From contig CAWEMM010000012.1 of assembly GCA_963810095.1 (NCBI GenBank), positions 640,001 to 704,000 on the forward strand: a DNA stretch of 64,000 nucleotides. Direction: 5' to 3'. This DNA is from an uncultured Chloroflexia bacterium (GTDB lineage: Bacteria; Chloroflexota; Anaerolineae; CG2-30-64-16). The translations under genes were made by a program, and so were the position numbers. Shown here piece by piece: positions 34,314 through 44,989 of this stretch; position 1 is the first letter of the stretch, and every line of letters begins with the position of its first letter. A model generated the notes under the pieces. That model searched no databases and was not told the DNA's origin. It saw only the letters and a list, made by a program, of their open reading frames with translations.

Positions 34314-37300
34314 ATGAAAGCCGCCCGCACGCTATTGATTTCGCTGGTGCTCGTTCTGACCGCCTGCACCCTGCCAACGGCAGCCGTGGCTCCTGCGGCC
34401 AGCGCGCCACTCGCGCCGGCCGGCGCCGTAACCTCCTTCGCGCCCGGTGCGCGCCTCGCCACCCGGACGCCGCCTCCCGGGGCAACCTCGGTCAGCGCCC
34501 GGCCCATGCAGTCTACGCGAACGATCGTGACGGGCGCGACCACCGCGCCGGCCGTCCCCAGTCGGGCGTTGGCCCCCTTCAGCATCGGCGTGCCCGCCGG
34601 CGACGCGTACGGACCGATGAGCATTGCGATCGACTCGGCCCGCAACCTGGCCTATGTCTATCACGCGGACTCGGCCGAGCGCCGGCCTGTGATCTCTGTG
34701 GTAGACCTGAAGGCCGGCCGGGTTACCCAGGTAATACGACTCGAGCAGACCACGCCCGGCGCCTCGGGTCGCCTGTTTCTGACTCCCGACGGAAAGCGCC
34801 TCTTCCTGCAAGAAACTCAAAACAAATCCGTTCTCAGCGTCGACATTGCTTCGGGGAGGGTGCGCAAGGTGCTCGAGGGGGTGAATGACGCCGTACTGAG
34901 CGACGACGGCAAGGTCTTGTACGCTGTCCTGCACGATATCGTCGCCGCTTATCCCGCAGCCGATCTCGCACAGGGCGAGACCCGCCCCATCTGGCAAGCC
35001 GAAACCCCATTTACGCGGATCGAGTTGAACGGCAACCGGCTGTTGGCGACAAGTTACGGCGGTGCGGGCGCACTGGTCGCGCTGGACGCCGCCACCGGCA
35101 AGGAGATCGCGCGCAGCAGTCCACCGGCGAGCGCAGACGTGATTTCGCCGGGGCCCAATGGGGGCTGGGCTGTGGTCGCCGGCGGCGAGAAGTCCCGTCT
35201 CGTGCGTTACGACGCGGACCTGAACGTGCTGGGCGAAACGCCGGTCAGCTACACGGGGGCCGCGCCCTACGACACGGTGCGCAACCGCTACCTTATGGCC
35301 GGCAGCCGCTACACGGAGACCGAGCCGGCGGGCCACCCGGTCATCCTGAGCATTGACGCACAAGACGGCAAGTTGGTGGACGAGGTGCCCCTGAGCGGCG
35401 GGTATCCGCTCACGGCCTTCGCGCCCTGGGGCCGCGACGCGATCGTCGCTTTCGCGACCGGGGGCCCTGGCGCGCTCTACGTTCTCGACGCCGAGACGCT
35501 CCAGCCGAAGCAGCAGATTGTCACGGGCGTGCGAGCGACGGAGGCGGTCGTCGACGGCATCTCGAGGTTGTACGTGGCCGACGACACCGGCCGGATCCAC
35601 GTGCTGCAGTTGCCCGGCGGACAAGAGGTTGCGCTTTGGCAGGGCGCTGGGCCGCTGGCGCTCGACAAGCAGAATCAACGGCTGTACGCCAACCGCGAGG
35701 GTCGGGTGGTGGCCCTTTCTCTGCGCGACGGCTCCGTGGCGGCCCAATTCCCCCAGGGCGGCTCCCCCGCCCCCGATCCGAACGCTGATTTGGTCTACAT
35801 TGCCGACCGCGGAGTGACCATCTACAACCGCAGCGGCGCGAAGCTGGGCACGCTGCCATCCACTTTTCCCGCACCGACCGCGTTCTCGGGCAACCCCTAC
35901 GCGGTCGCCGCACAGGTTAACCCCGTGACGGGCCATGTGGCGGTGATCCTCCACAATGGCATCCCGGGTTCGAACGGCGGCACGTTCCTGCGCATTTATC
36001 CCCGCCAGAGCGACGCCGGTGTGACGCCGCCGGGTCCCCATAGCTTCGTGCTCGACCTCGAAACCGACCGGGCCGGCAACTGGTATGTTGCGTACAGCAC
36101 GGCTCGCACGCAGGAGGCCGTGCATCTGCTGTCGCCCGCAGGCCAGCCGCAGCGGAAGTTGGAGCATCGTACCGGCTTCGAGGTCCTGGACGAGGTTGCC
36201 AACACGCTGTATCTCTTCGCCGATGGCCGGATTACGACCCTTTCGCCGTCAACTCTGGGCGCGAACTTGGCGTATGCCGGTCCAGACGTGTTCGTCGACC
36301 CCGCCTACAGCCCGGGCCTCCGAACCGCCTACGTCCCCGAGTACACTGGGTCCCACATCACCGCGGTCGATCTCGACGCGCTCGCGCCGCTCGACCTGCG
36401 CCCTGTGCCCGCCCGGCCTTCCCCCGAGGCCTACAATGAGGGTGTGACGGCAGTAGGCGGTGGCCGCCAGCGCCTGCTGCTGAGCCGGTATGGCACGGCC
36501 TATCGAACATCGAATGGAACAGCCTGGGAACAACTGGTTCCCGGGCTGGATATGTATTACACCCACGTTACGGCCGTCGATCCCCAAACCATCTTCGTGG
36601 CGGGGCGAAGTGCCGCGGGCGGCGAGGGCGTTTGGCGCAGCACGGACGGCGGAAGCACCTGGGCCTTCCTGTCGGCCGGCTTGACGGACCTGTTGGCGTC
36701 CGGGCCGGTGCTTGCGAACAGCGCGAACGAGGCCTACTTCGTCAACGCGAGCCAGGGTCTGTTCCGGTGGGATCCGGCGGGGAGCAAGTGGGCCCTGGCA
36801 AGCGCGGGCCCGCCTGAGGGCCAGTGGGGCAGCCTGAGCCTCGCGCCCGACGGCGCGCTCTTCCGCTCGAACAATGGCAGCCTGGAGCGCAGCATGGATC
36901 GCGGCGCCAGCTGGCAAAAGCTGGGCGCCACGGAGAAGACCGGAGACGTGATCGGCTACTCGTCGCTGTACACCGTCACGCAGACGCTCTTCTCAGTCGT
37001 GCGCAAGGATTACCGCCCTGCGGCTATCAATCGCTCCACCGATGCTGGCAAGACCTGGCAGCCTTCGCTCGGGGGACCGCTGCTCGGTTTCGATGGCTAT
37101 CAGCCCGAAATTACGACTGGGTTCGGGCGCAGCTACCTGCTTCTCCAGCCCTATTCCGGGCCTGCCCGGCTGCTGCGCACCGTCGATTACGGCGCAACGT
37201 GGGAGGTCGCGCCGGTCGAGACCGCCCCCGACGCGCAACATCTTGCGGTCGACCCGCTGGACGGCCGTCTGTGGCTGGGCGTTAAGGGCGGGTTGCGAAG

Positions 37301-37823
37301 CATAGACCCCGGCAACATCAGATGGACTAGGGCTCCGCTTGCGGCAACGCCCACTGCTACGCCCGTGCCCACGGCCACCGTCGCCCCCTGCACCGCCACG
37401 CTGAACGCGAGCGACGCGGAGACCAGCGGCCGGGCGCCGGGCATCGGCTGTCCGAAGGGGGCGCCTGCCGTCGTCCAGATGGCCCGCCAGCGCTTCCAGC
37501 ACGGCCAGATGATCTGGCGAGGCGACCGGAAACAGGTCTACGTTCTGTCTGACGACGGCCGCTGGCAGGGGTACGAGGACAAGTGGGTCGAAGGCGATCC
37601 GACCGACGATCCGACCCTCCAGGCGCCGGCCAGTTTGCAGCAGCCCGGCCGGGGTTTCGGGAAGGTGTGGCGCGAGCAGCTCGGCGGTCCGAAGTCGGCG
37701 CTAGGCTGGGCGCTGGAAAAGGAGCAGGGCGTGCAGGGCCAGGCCCAGGACTGGGACCATGCCACGGTGCTGCGCTTCGGCGGGGAGCTAATTGCGCTGT
37801 CTGACAATGGGCGGTGGCAGTAG
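34314..37823 (+). CDS. Large beta-propeller lipoprotein (YVTN-like plus BNR/Asp-box repeats)
   Basis: Lipobox LTAC; S.DGG.TW Asp boxes; Thr/Pro linker; C-terminal PGRGFGKVW domain. Confidence 0.8.
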   Translation: MKAARTLLISLVLVLTACTLPTAAVAPAASAPLAPAGAVTSFAPGARLATRTPPPGATSVSARPMQSTRTIVTGATTAPAVPSRALAPFSIGVPAGDAYGPMSIAIDSARNLAYVYHADSAERRPVISVVDLKAGRVTQVIRLEQTTPGASGRLFLTPDGKRLFLQETQNKSVLSVDIASGRVRKVLEGVNDAVLSDDGKVLYAVLHDIVAAYPAADLAQGETRPIWQAETPFTRIELNGNRLLATSYGGAGALVALDAATGKEIARSSPPASADVISPGPNGGWAVVAGGEKSRLVRYDADLNVLGETPVSYTGAAPYDTVRNRYLMAGSRYTETEPAGHPVILSIDAQDGKLVDEVPLSGGYPLTAFAPWGRDAIVAFATGGPGALYVLDAETLQPKQQIVTGVRATEAVVDGISRLYVADDTGRIHVLQLPGGQEVALWQGAGPLALDKQNQRLYANREGRVVALSLRDGSVAAQFPQGGSPAPDPNADLVYIADRGVTIYNRSGAKLGTLPSTFPAPTAFSGNPYAVAAQVNPVTGHVAVILHNGIPGSNGGTFLRIYPRQSDAGVTPPGPHSFVLDLETDRAGNWYVAYSTARTQEAVHLLSPAGQPQRKLEHRTGFEVLDEVANTLYLFADGRITTLSPSTLGANLAYAGPDVFVDPAYSPGLRTAYVPEYTGSHITAVDLDALAPLDLRPVPARPSPEAYNEGVTAVGGGRQRLLLSRYGTAYRTSNGTAWEQLVPGLDMYYTHVTAVDPQTIFVAGRSAAGGEGVWRSTDGGSTWAFLSAGLTDLLASGPVLANSANEAYFVNASQGLFRWDPAGSKWALASAGPPEGQWGSLSLAPDGALFRSNNGSLERSMDRGASWQKLGATEKTGDVIGYSSLYTVTQTLFSVVRKDYRPAAINRSTDAGKTWQPSLGGPLLGFDGYQPEITTGFGRSYLLLQPYSGPARLLRTVDYGATWEVAPVETAPDAQHLAVDPLDGRLWLGVKGGLRSIDPGNIRWTRAPLAATPTATPVPTATVAPCTATLNASDAETSGRAPGIGCPKGAPAVVQMARQRFQHGQMIWRGDRKQVYVLSDDGRWQGYEDKWVEGDPTDDPTLQAPASLQQPGRGFGKVWREQLGGPKSALGWALEKEQGVQGQAQDWDHATVLRFGGELIALSDNGRWQ

Positions 37824-37887
37824 ACGGCTTGGTACGCCTGCCGTTTCGGAGGGCGGTTTCTGTTTGTTTCCGTCGGGGCGATCCCTG

Positions 37888-38345
37888 CTTCGTTCCGTCG
37901 GAGGCGAGCCCGCCCCCGATGCCCCCGGCTTCTGCTTTCTTCTGTCGGGGGCAAGCCCGCCCCCGACGCCCCCCGCTTCGGGGGCCTTGCCCCCGAAACC
38001 CCCAAAGGCTACGCCCCTCGGCGTCTGACGCTCCAAATCTACCTAGTCTCTGGGCGTAGGTGGGCCACCACAACCATATCTCCACAGACCCACGTTCGTG
38101 GAATGTCGTTGCTGACACGCCCGGAGTGCTGGCCACACACCCGTTCTCCGCACGCATCCAGGGTGAAGCGTACCTTAATCTTTGGGGGGTCGGGGGGCGA
38201 TGCCCCCCGGCCAGGGTTGCAGGGGCCGACTGGCCCCTGCCAGAAGAAACAGTGTTTGCACTGGGGCCGGCCCCTGCCAGAAGAAACAGTGTTTGCACTG
38301 GGGCCGGCCGGCCCTTGCCAGAAGAAACAGGGTTTGCATTGCTGC
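37888..38345. repeat. Dispersed structured repeat, copy 2 (inverted), ending in three 37-bp tandem units
   Basis: Reverse complement of 3277-3660; ggcccctgccagaagaaacagtgtttgcactggggcc at 38232-38268 and 38269-38305, variant copy from 38310. Confidence 0.85.
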
Positions 38346-38408
38346 AACCGCACCGCCCTCCTTGCGTAGAGAAGGATGAAGACAACAAGCAGACACAAGG
38401 AGGATAAG

Positions 38409-39170
38409 ATGGCGCAGTTGGTAAGGTTTGCAGGTAGTATGATCGTGCTGGGCATGCTCGTCGCGAGCCTGGGTGCATGCACGTTTGCGCCGGGCGACGT
38501 AATCACAGGCTCTGGCCGCACGACGACGAAGAACTACGACTTCAGCGGTTTCACCAAGGTCAGCATCGGCAGCGCGTTCCAGGCCGACATCACGCAGGGC
38601 GAGAGTTACGCCACCTCGGTCACCGTCGACGACAACATCGTCGAATACCTGGACGTACGGGTGGAGGGCGACACGCTCCACATCGGGCTTAAGCCCCGCC
38701 TGAGCCTGGGTTTCCGCAACACGACGCTCAAGACGCAGATCACGATGCCCGACCTTGCAGGGCTGGACCTCAGCGGCGCAACCCGCACGAACGTCAAGGG
38801 CTTCAAGAACGACCAGCCGGCTAGTGTCGAGGTCTCCGGCGCCAGCCAGCTGCGCGGCGATCTGACCACCGGCCAGATGAAGATGCGGGCGTCGGGCGCG
38901 AGCACGGTCGATATCTCGGGCGCTACAGGTACGCTCGACGTCGAGGGCTCGGGCGCCAGCACCGTCCGCCTGGACAACTTCACCTCGACCGACACGAACG
39001 TGCGGGCCTCGGGTGCCAGCAACGTGACGGTCAACGCCAGCGGCAAGATCACGGGCGAGGCCAGCGGTGCTTCCAGCGTTTCGTACGTGGGCAACCCGAC
39101 CTCGGTGCTGGTCGACACCTCGGGGCGCCAGCAACGTGCGCCACAAGTAATTGGCGTGCGCCACAAGTAA
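38409..39170 (+). CDS. GIN-domain (DUF2807) lipoprotein; true stop probably 39148-39150
   Basis: Lipobox LGAC; repeated SGAS beta-helix motif; ITGSG. Confidence 0.85.
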   Translation: MAQLVRFAGSMIVLGMLVASLGACTFAPGDVITGSGRTTTKNYDFSGFTKVSIGSAFQADITQGESYATSVTVDDNIVEYLDVRVEGDTLHIGLKPRLSLGFRNTTLKTQITMPDLAGLDLSGATRTNVKGFKNDQPASVEVSGASQLRGDLTTGQMKMRASGASTVDISGATGTLDVEGSGASTVRLDNFTSTDTNVRASGASNVTVNASGKITGEASGASSVSYVGNPTSVLVDTSGRQQRAPQVIGVRHK

Positions 39171-39195
39171 TTGGCGTGCGCTATAAGTGATCGGC
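39136..39195 (+). repeat. Three 20-bp tandem units, each containing the stop codon
   Basis: gtgcgccacaagtaattggc twice plus gtgcgctataagtgatcggc. Confidence 0.85.
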
Positions 39196-39205
39196 ACCTG
39201 ACCCC

Positions 39206-39245
39206 AGACCTTCGGAGTCTTGCAAGACTCCGAAGGTCTTTTTTT
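39206..39245 (+). terminator. REP-like palindrome acting as intrinsic terminator
   Basis: agaccttcggagtcttgcaagactccgaaggtct followed by a T-tract; related arms at 56497-56561. Confidence 0.75.
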
Positions 39246-39312
39246 GTTCCGTACTGATTGCACATGCCGAGCTGTTTCGCTCGGCATGTGCATTTCGAGC
39301 TATACCTTGAGA

Positions 39313-39350
39313 ATGTGATTTTACGCACATATTCGTAATGAGTGTCACAG
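39313..39350. promoter_or_regulatory. Two tandem Rex/CRP-like operators upstream of ndh
   Basis: ATGTGA-ttttac-GCACAT and TCGTAA-tgagtg-TCACAG fit TGTGA-N6-TCACA spacing. Confidence 0.5.
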
Positions 39351-39449
39351 ATATTTGTGTGCCCGTGTGAGAAACTATGGAGGATCGCAGGACGTTCTGG
39401 AATAGTAGTGGCTGGGTCTGCCAGGCGGGCTTGTGGTGAGGAGGCGTGA

Positions 39450-40817
39450 GTGGGCGAATTGCATCGAGTTGTAGTCATCGGGGGCGGTTTCGGGGGTATG
39501 TACGCGGCCAAGGCGCTGGGCCGCGCCGCGAACGGCGGTGCGCCAGGCATCGACGTTACCTTGATCGATCGCCGCAATTTCCACTTGTTTCAGCCGCTGC
39601 TCTACCAGGTGGCGACGGCCGGCCTGTCGCCGGGCGAAATCGCGTCGCCGCTGCGTGGCGTGCTGCGTAAGTCCAAGAACGTCACCGTCCTGATGGGCGA
39701 GGTCACCGGCTTCGACCTGGCGGCCCAGGAAGTGCTCCTCACCGATCGCCGGCTGCCGTACGATTCGCTGATCGTCGCGGCCGGCAGCCACGACTCCTAC
39801 TTCGGCAACGACCAGTGGAAGCCGATCGCGCCGGGCCTCAAGACGATCGAGGACGCGCTCGACATCCGCCGTCGTGTCTTCCTGGCTTATGAAGAGGCGG
39901 AGCGTGAGCAGGACCCCGAGAAGCGTAAGGCATGGCTGAACTTCGTGGTTGTAGGCGGCGGGCCGACCGGCGTCGAGTTGGCCGGCGCACTGGGCGAGAT
40001 CGCCCGGCAGACCCTGAAAGGCAATTTCCGCCGCATCAACCCGGCGGAGGCGAACGTGCTGCTGGTCGAGGGTGCGGACCGGGTGCTGCCGCCCTTTCCG
40101 CCCGACCTGTCGAAGAAGGCGCAGCGCGCGCTGGAGCGGCTGGGCGTGACCGTGAGAACCGGCCTGCGCGTCACCGAGATTGATGGCGAGTGTGTGACGG
40201 TCAAGTCGGCTGCGGGAACAGAGAAGATCCAGTCGCGGACGGTCTTGTGGGCGGCCGGCGTCCAGGCGTCGCCGCTGGCCCGGCAGCTGGGCGAGGCCAG
40301 CGGGGCCGAGGTCGACCGGGGCGGCCGCGTCAAGGTCACGCCGAACCTGACGCTGCCCGGCCATCCCGAGGTATTCGTGATCGGCGACATGGCCCAGGCG
40401 CTGGCCGAGAACGGCAAGCCGCTGCCCGGGCTGGCCCCGGTCGCCATGCAGCAGGGGCGCTACGCGGCTGCGCTGATCCAGGCGCGACTAGCAGGCAAAG
40501 GGCTGCCGCGCTTCCACTACAAGGACAAGGGCACGATGGCTACGATCGGGCCGGCCGCGGCGGTCGCCGATGTTGGTCCCCTCCACTTCAACGGCTTCCT
40601 GGCCTGGCTGACGTGGCTCTTCATCCACCTCCTCTACATCGCAGAGTTCGACAACCGGCTGCTGATCCTGATCCAGTGGGCGTACAACTACTTCACCCGC
40701 AATCGCGGCGCCCGCCTGATCACCGGCAGCGTCAACGCGCCACCCTTGACGGTGAAGGAAATGGCGAAGGAAGGCGTCGAGGTCAAGACCGACGCCAAAG
40801 TCCGGGAGCCTGGTTAA
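39450..40817 (+). CDS. ndh: Type II NADH:quinone oxidoreductase
   Basis: GGGFGG, FQPLLYQVATA, VVGGGPTGVELAG, WAAGV, IGD, AMQQG, YKDKGTMATIG. Confidence 0.93.
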   Translation: MGELHRVVVIGGGFGGMYAAKALGRAANGGAPGIDVTLIDRRNFHLFQPLLYQVATAGLSPGEIASPLRGVLRKSKNVTVLMGEVTGFDLAAQEVLLTDRRLPYDSLIVAAGSHDSYFGNDQWKPIAPGLKTIEDALDIRRRVFLAYEEAEREQDPEKRKAWLNFVVVGGGPTGVELAGALGEIARQTLKGNFRRINPAEANVLLVEGADRVLPPFPPDLSKKAQRALERLGVTVRTGLRVTEIDGECVTVKSAAGTEKIQSRTVLWAAGVQASPLARQLGEASGAEVDRGGRVKVTPNLTLPGHPEVFVIGDMAQALAENGKPLPGLAPVAMQQGRYAAALIQARLAGKGLPRFHYKDKGTMATIGPAAAVADVGPLHFNGFLAWLTWLFIHLLYIAEFDNRLLILIQWAYNYFTRNRGARLITGSVNAPPLTVKEMAKEGVEVKTDAKVREPG

Positions 40818-40819
40818 GG

Positions 40820-40905
40820 CCGGAGGGCGGCGAGGGCGCAGAGGAATTACGAGACACGGGGCAGGGCGCCGCCGTCTCTTGCCTCGCCGCCCTCGCCGCC
40901 CTCGG
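40820..40905. repeat. Palindrome with 9-nt periodic arms
   Basis: gagggcggcgagggcgcagagg ... cctcgccgccctcgccgccctc after the ndh stop. Confidence 0.6.
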
Positions 40906-41128
40906 TGGCGCAACCCGTCCCGGTCCTACGACACCCCTCGCGTTCATCTTCACAGATTCTAATCCAATTCTAATCGTCTCTCTATCCTCAGCCGCATATA
41001 ATGACGCCGAACGCGCCTGGAGAAGACCCGGCGCTTATTCATGTGGTGGAGGGTGCGGGCCTCTGTCCGCAGCCTCCACCCAAAAGCAAGACCCAGTCTT
41101 TCGACTTCTCCTTCTTCGAGGTTTCTGC

Positions 41129-42052
41129 ATGATCGAAGTGTCTGAACTTAAGAAATCTTACGGTTCAGTTGAGGCGCTTCGCGGCGTCAGCTTTTCGATC
41201 GCCTCAGGAGAGATCGTCGGCCTGCTCGGGCCCAACGGCGCAGGCAAGACGACGATTATCAAGATCCTGACCGGCTATCTGCAGCCCGATGCTGGCGCCG
41301 TGACCGTAGACGGGCTCGACGTGCTCGCGCATACCCGCGAGGTCCAGGCCCGCATCGGTTACCTGCCCGAGAACGCGCCGCTTTACCCCGAGTTGTCGGT
41401 GCAAGGCGTATCTCAAGATGATGGCCCAACTGCGGCAAATCCCGGCGGCCGAACAGTTGCGCTTGTATCTCCGATGCCGGTGCACGCCACCGGCCTGGCC
41501 GAGCATCTGACCCGGCCCATCGGCACGCTGTCCAAGGGCTTCCGGCAGCGGGTGGGGCTGGCCCAGGCCATCCTGCACCGCCCGAAGCTCCTGATCCTCG
41601 ACGAGCCGACCGTCGGCCTGGACCCGACCCAAATCGTCGAGATCCGCCGGCTCATCCACCGGCTCTCCGAGCAGTCGACCATCCTGTTCTCGACCCACAT
41701 CCTTTCCGAGGTCGAAGCCCTGTGCGACCGGGCCCTGATCCTGATCAACGGGCTTGTCAAGACCGACGCCAGGTTGTCGGACCTCGAAGAGACCGCCGAC
41801 GCGGTGCTGGTGCTGGCGAACAAGGTCGACGGTGCGGAGCGGTGCCTGCGCTCGCTGCCCGGCGTGCGCGGCATCGAGCCGCTGCGCGGGCGCAACGGGT
41901 ACGCGGCGTACCGGATTCTTGGGATGGACGACGTGGACCTGTGTCCCGCCGTGTACGACCTGGCCCGCAGCGAGGACTGGCCCGTGCGCGAGCTGCGGCG
42001 TGACGTGCGGACGCTCGAAACGGTGTTCAACCAATTGGCGACGGGGGCCTGA
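41129..42052 (+). CDS. ABC transporter ATP-binding protein (GldA-like); local compensating frameshifts near 41405-41480
   Basis: GPNGAGKTT, LSKGFRQRVGLAQA, LILDEPT. Confidence 0.9.
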   Translation: MIEVSELKKSYGSVEALRGVSFSIASGEIVGLLGPNGAGKTTIIKILTGYLQPDAGAVTVDGLDVLAHTREVQARIGYLPENAPLYPELSVQGVSQDDGPTAANPGGRTVALVSPMPVHATGLAEHLTRPIGTLSKGFRQRVGLAQAILHRPKLLILDEPTVGLDPTQIVEIRRLIHRLSEQSTILFSTHILSEVEALCDRALILINGLVKTDARLSDLEETADAVLVLANKVDGAERCLRSLPGVRGIEPLRGRNGYAAYRILGMDDVDLCPAVYDLARSEDWPVRELRRDVRTLETVFNQLATGA

Positions 42053-42056
42053 TCCG

Positions 42057-44989
42057 ATGAAACCGACGCTCGCCATTGCCCGCAAGGAGCTTGCGGCCTA
42101 TTTCGGCTCGCCGATGGCCCTGATCTTCGTCGGCGTGTTCCTGGCCGTCACGCTGTTCGTCTTCTTCTGGATCGATGCGTTCTTCGCCCGCGGCATCGCC
42201 GACGTGCGCCCCATGTTTCGCTGGATGCCCGTGCTGATGATCTTCCTCGTCGCAGCCCTGACCATGCGCCAGTGGAGCGAGGAGCAGCGCTCGGGCACGC
42301 TCGAGGTGCTGCTGACCCTGCCCGTGAGCAAGGTCCAGCTGGTCCTCGGCAAGTTCCTGGCGGTCATGGCCCTCGTTGCGCTCGCGCTCGCGCTGACCCT
42401 GTTCCTCCCGATCACGGTCGTCGTTCTCGGCCCGCTCGACTGGGGCCCGGTGGTCGGCGGCTATCTCGCCGCGCTGCTGATGGCGGGGCCTACACGGCCA
42501 TCGGGCTGTTCGTTTCGTCGCGCACCGACAACCAGCTCGTCGCCCTCATCGTGACGGTCATCATCAGCGGCTTCTTCTACCTGATCGGCTCCTCGGGCGT
42601 GACCGACTTTGTGCCCCGCAGCCTGGGCGACATCTTCCGGGCGTTGGGCGCGGGCAGCCGCTTCGAAAGCATCGAGCGGGGCGTGATCGACGTGCGCGAC
42701 CTGCTCTACTACGTTTCGATCGCACGTCATCTTCCTGGTGCTGAACGTCCTCTCGGTCGACCGCAAGCGCTGGGGCAAAGGTGCGGGCAGCGCGGGCTAC
42801 CGGCGCAGCGTCGTCCTGACCTCCGGCCTCGTGATCGCCAACCTGCTGCTGCTGAACGTGTGGCTCTTCCCGCTCAACGGACTGCGTCTCGACCTGACCA
42901 GCCAGCAGGACTACAGCCTCTCTTCGACCACGAAGGAACTGCTCGGCAACCTCAGCGAGCCGCTGCTGATTCGCGGCTTACGTCAGCGACAAGACGCATC
43001 CGTTGCTCGCGACGCTGAAGCCGCAGCTGGCCGACCTGTTGCGCGAGTACGAGATCGCCGGCCAGGGCAAGGTGACCGCCGAGGTCGTCGACCCGACGAC
43101 GAACCCGGATGCGGAGCGCGAGGCAACCAGACGTACGGCATCCAGCCCTCGCCGTTCCAGGTGGCCGGCCGCTACGAGGCGTCGGTCATCAACGCGTACT
43201 TCGACGTGCTGGTCCGCTACGGGGACCAGAGCGAGGTGCTGAACTTCCGCGACCTGATCGAGGTCCAGGCGGACCGCAGCGGGGAGCCGGACGTCCGGTT
43301 CCGCAACCTGGAGTACGACCTGACCCGGGCCGCTCAAGCGGGCAACCTCTGGCTTCCAGAGCGTCGACAACCTGCTCGCCTCGCTGCCCAGCGCCGGCGA
43401 AGCTGACGCTGTTTGCCACGGCCGCAACGCTGCCCGAGGAGTCTGCAAGAGCGCCCCGGCCACCTTCCACAAGGTGGGCCAGGAACTGGCGGCCAAGTCG
43501 AACGGCAAGCTCACCTTCGAGATGATCGACCCGGACGCGCCGGGCGCGAAGGTGACGCGCAGCAGCTGCTCGACACTTACAAGCTGCGGCCGATTGCCGC
43601 GTCGCTGTTCTCGCCCGAGACGCTACTACCTCGACATGTGCTCGAGTCGAAGGACGGCCAAGGGCTCCGGCAGCGCGGCACCGCGCAGCTCGTCACACCC
43701 GCCGGCGACCTGAGCGAGGCCAACATCCGCACCGCCGTCGAGTCGGCGCTCAAGCGCTCGTCGACCGGCTTCCTCAAGGTGGTGGGGCTGTGGACGCCGC
43801 CCGAGACGCCAACGCCGAATGTGTTCGGCCAGCAGCAGCCCGCGCTCCGCACCTGGCAGCAGCTGCGCCAGCAGCTCGGCCGCGACTACACCGTGCGCGA
43901 CGTGGACTTGACCACCGGGCAGGTGCCGGCCGAGATCGACACGCTGGTGGTCGTGTCGCCGCAAGGGCTCGACGACAAGGCCAAGTTCGCGATCGACCAG
44001 TACCTGATGCGCGGCGGGTCGGTGATCGTCGCCGCAGGGAATTATGACAGTCGGCCCTGGACCAGATGAACGGCGGCATTGCCCTGAACCCCCAGCAAGG
44101 CGGGATCGACGATCTGCTCGAGCATTACGGGGTCAAGGTCGAGAAGAGCCTGGTGCATGGACCCGCAGAACGAGCCCTTCCCTTCGCCGGAGCAGCGCAC
44201 TGTGGGCGGCATGACCGTGCAGCGAGATCCAGCTCGTCAACTACCCCTTCTTCGTGGACGTGCGGGCGGGCGGCATGGACAAGACAAGCCCGATCGTGAG
44301 CAAGCTGCAGGCGATCACGCTCAATGGGCCTTCGCCGGTCGTCCTCGACCAGGCTAAGAACAAGGGCCGGCAGACCACGGTGCTGCTGAAGTCCTCGCCC
44401 GAAGTCATGGCTGCGGAACAGCACCGACATCAAGCCGGACCGCAGAAGTACGGCGAACTCGGGTTCCCGGTCGAAGGGCAGCCGGCCTCTCGAGCCGTTG
44501 GCGGTGGCCGTGCGAGGCACGTTCGAGAGTTTCTTCAAGGGCAAGCCGTCGCCGCTGCTCCAGCCCTCGCAGGCGGCCCAGCCCAACGCGCAAGCGGGTC
44601 AGCCCACGCCGACCCCTGCGCCGCAAACAGCGGGCGTGATCGAGAGCTCGCCGGAAACCGCCCGGCTGGTGGTCGTCGGCAGCGAGCGACTTCCTGACCG
44701 ACGTGTTGTTCCAGGTTTCGTCGAGCGTCGCGCCCGACCGGTATCTGAACAGCCTCCAGTTCGTGCAGAACGCGGTGGACTGGTCGGTCGAGGACCTCGA
44801 CCTGCTCAACATCCGGGCCCGGGGCACCTCGGCACGGGTGCTGAACCCGCTCGAGGCATCTCAGGAACGAATGGTGGAGATCGGCAACTATGCCCTGGCG
44901 CTCGCTCGCGCTGGTGGCCATCGCCGTGCTGTGGAACGTGCGGCGCCGCAACGAGAAGCCGCATGGTGCTGGTGGGAGATAAGCGATGA
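42057..44989 (+). CDS. Fused ABC-2 permease / GldG-like auxiliary component (multiple frameshifts)
   Basis: ARKELAAYFGSP, EEQRSGTLEVLLTLP, RLDLT...YSLS, NLEYDLTR, AIDQYLMRGG, FVQNAVDW spread over successive frames. Confidence 0.78.

Noticed and set aside
38232-38345. 37-bp direct repeats as a CRISPR array
   Set aside because: The units abut with 0-4 nt between them, so there are no spacers, and no cas genes are present.
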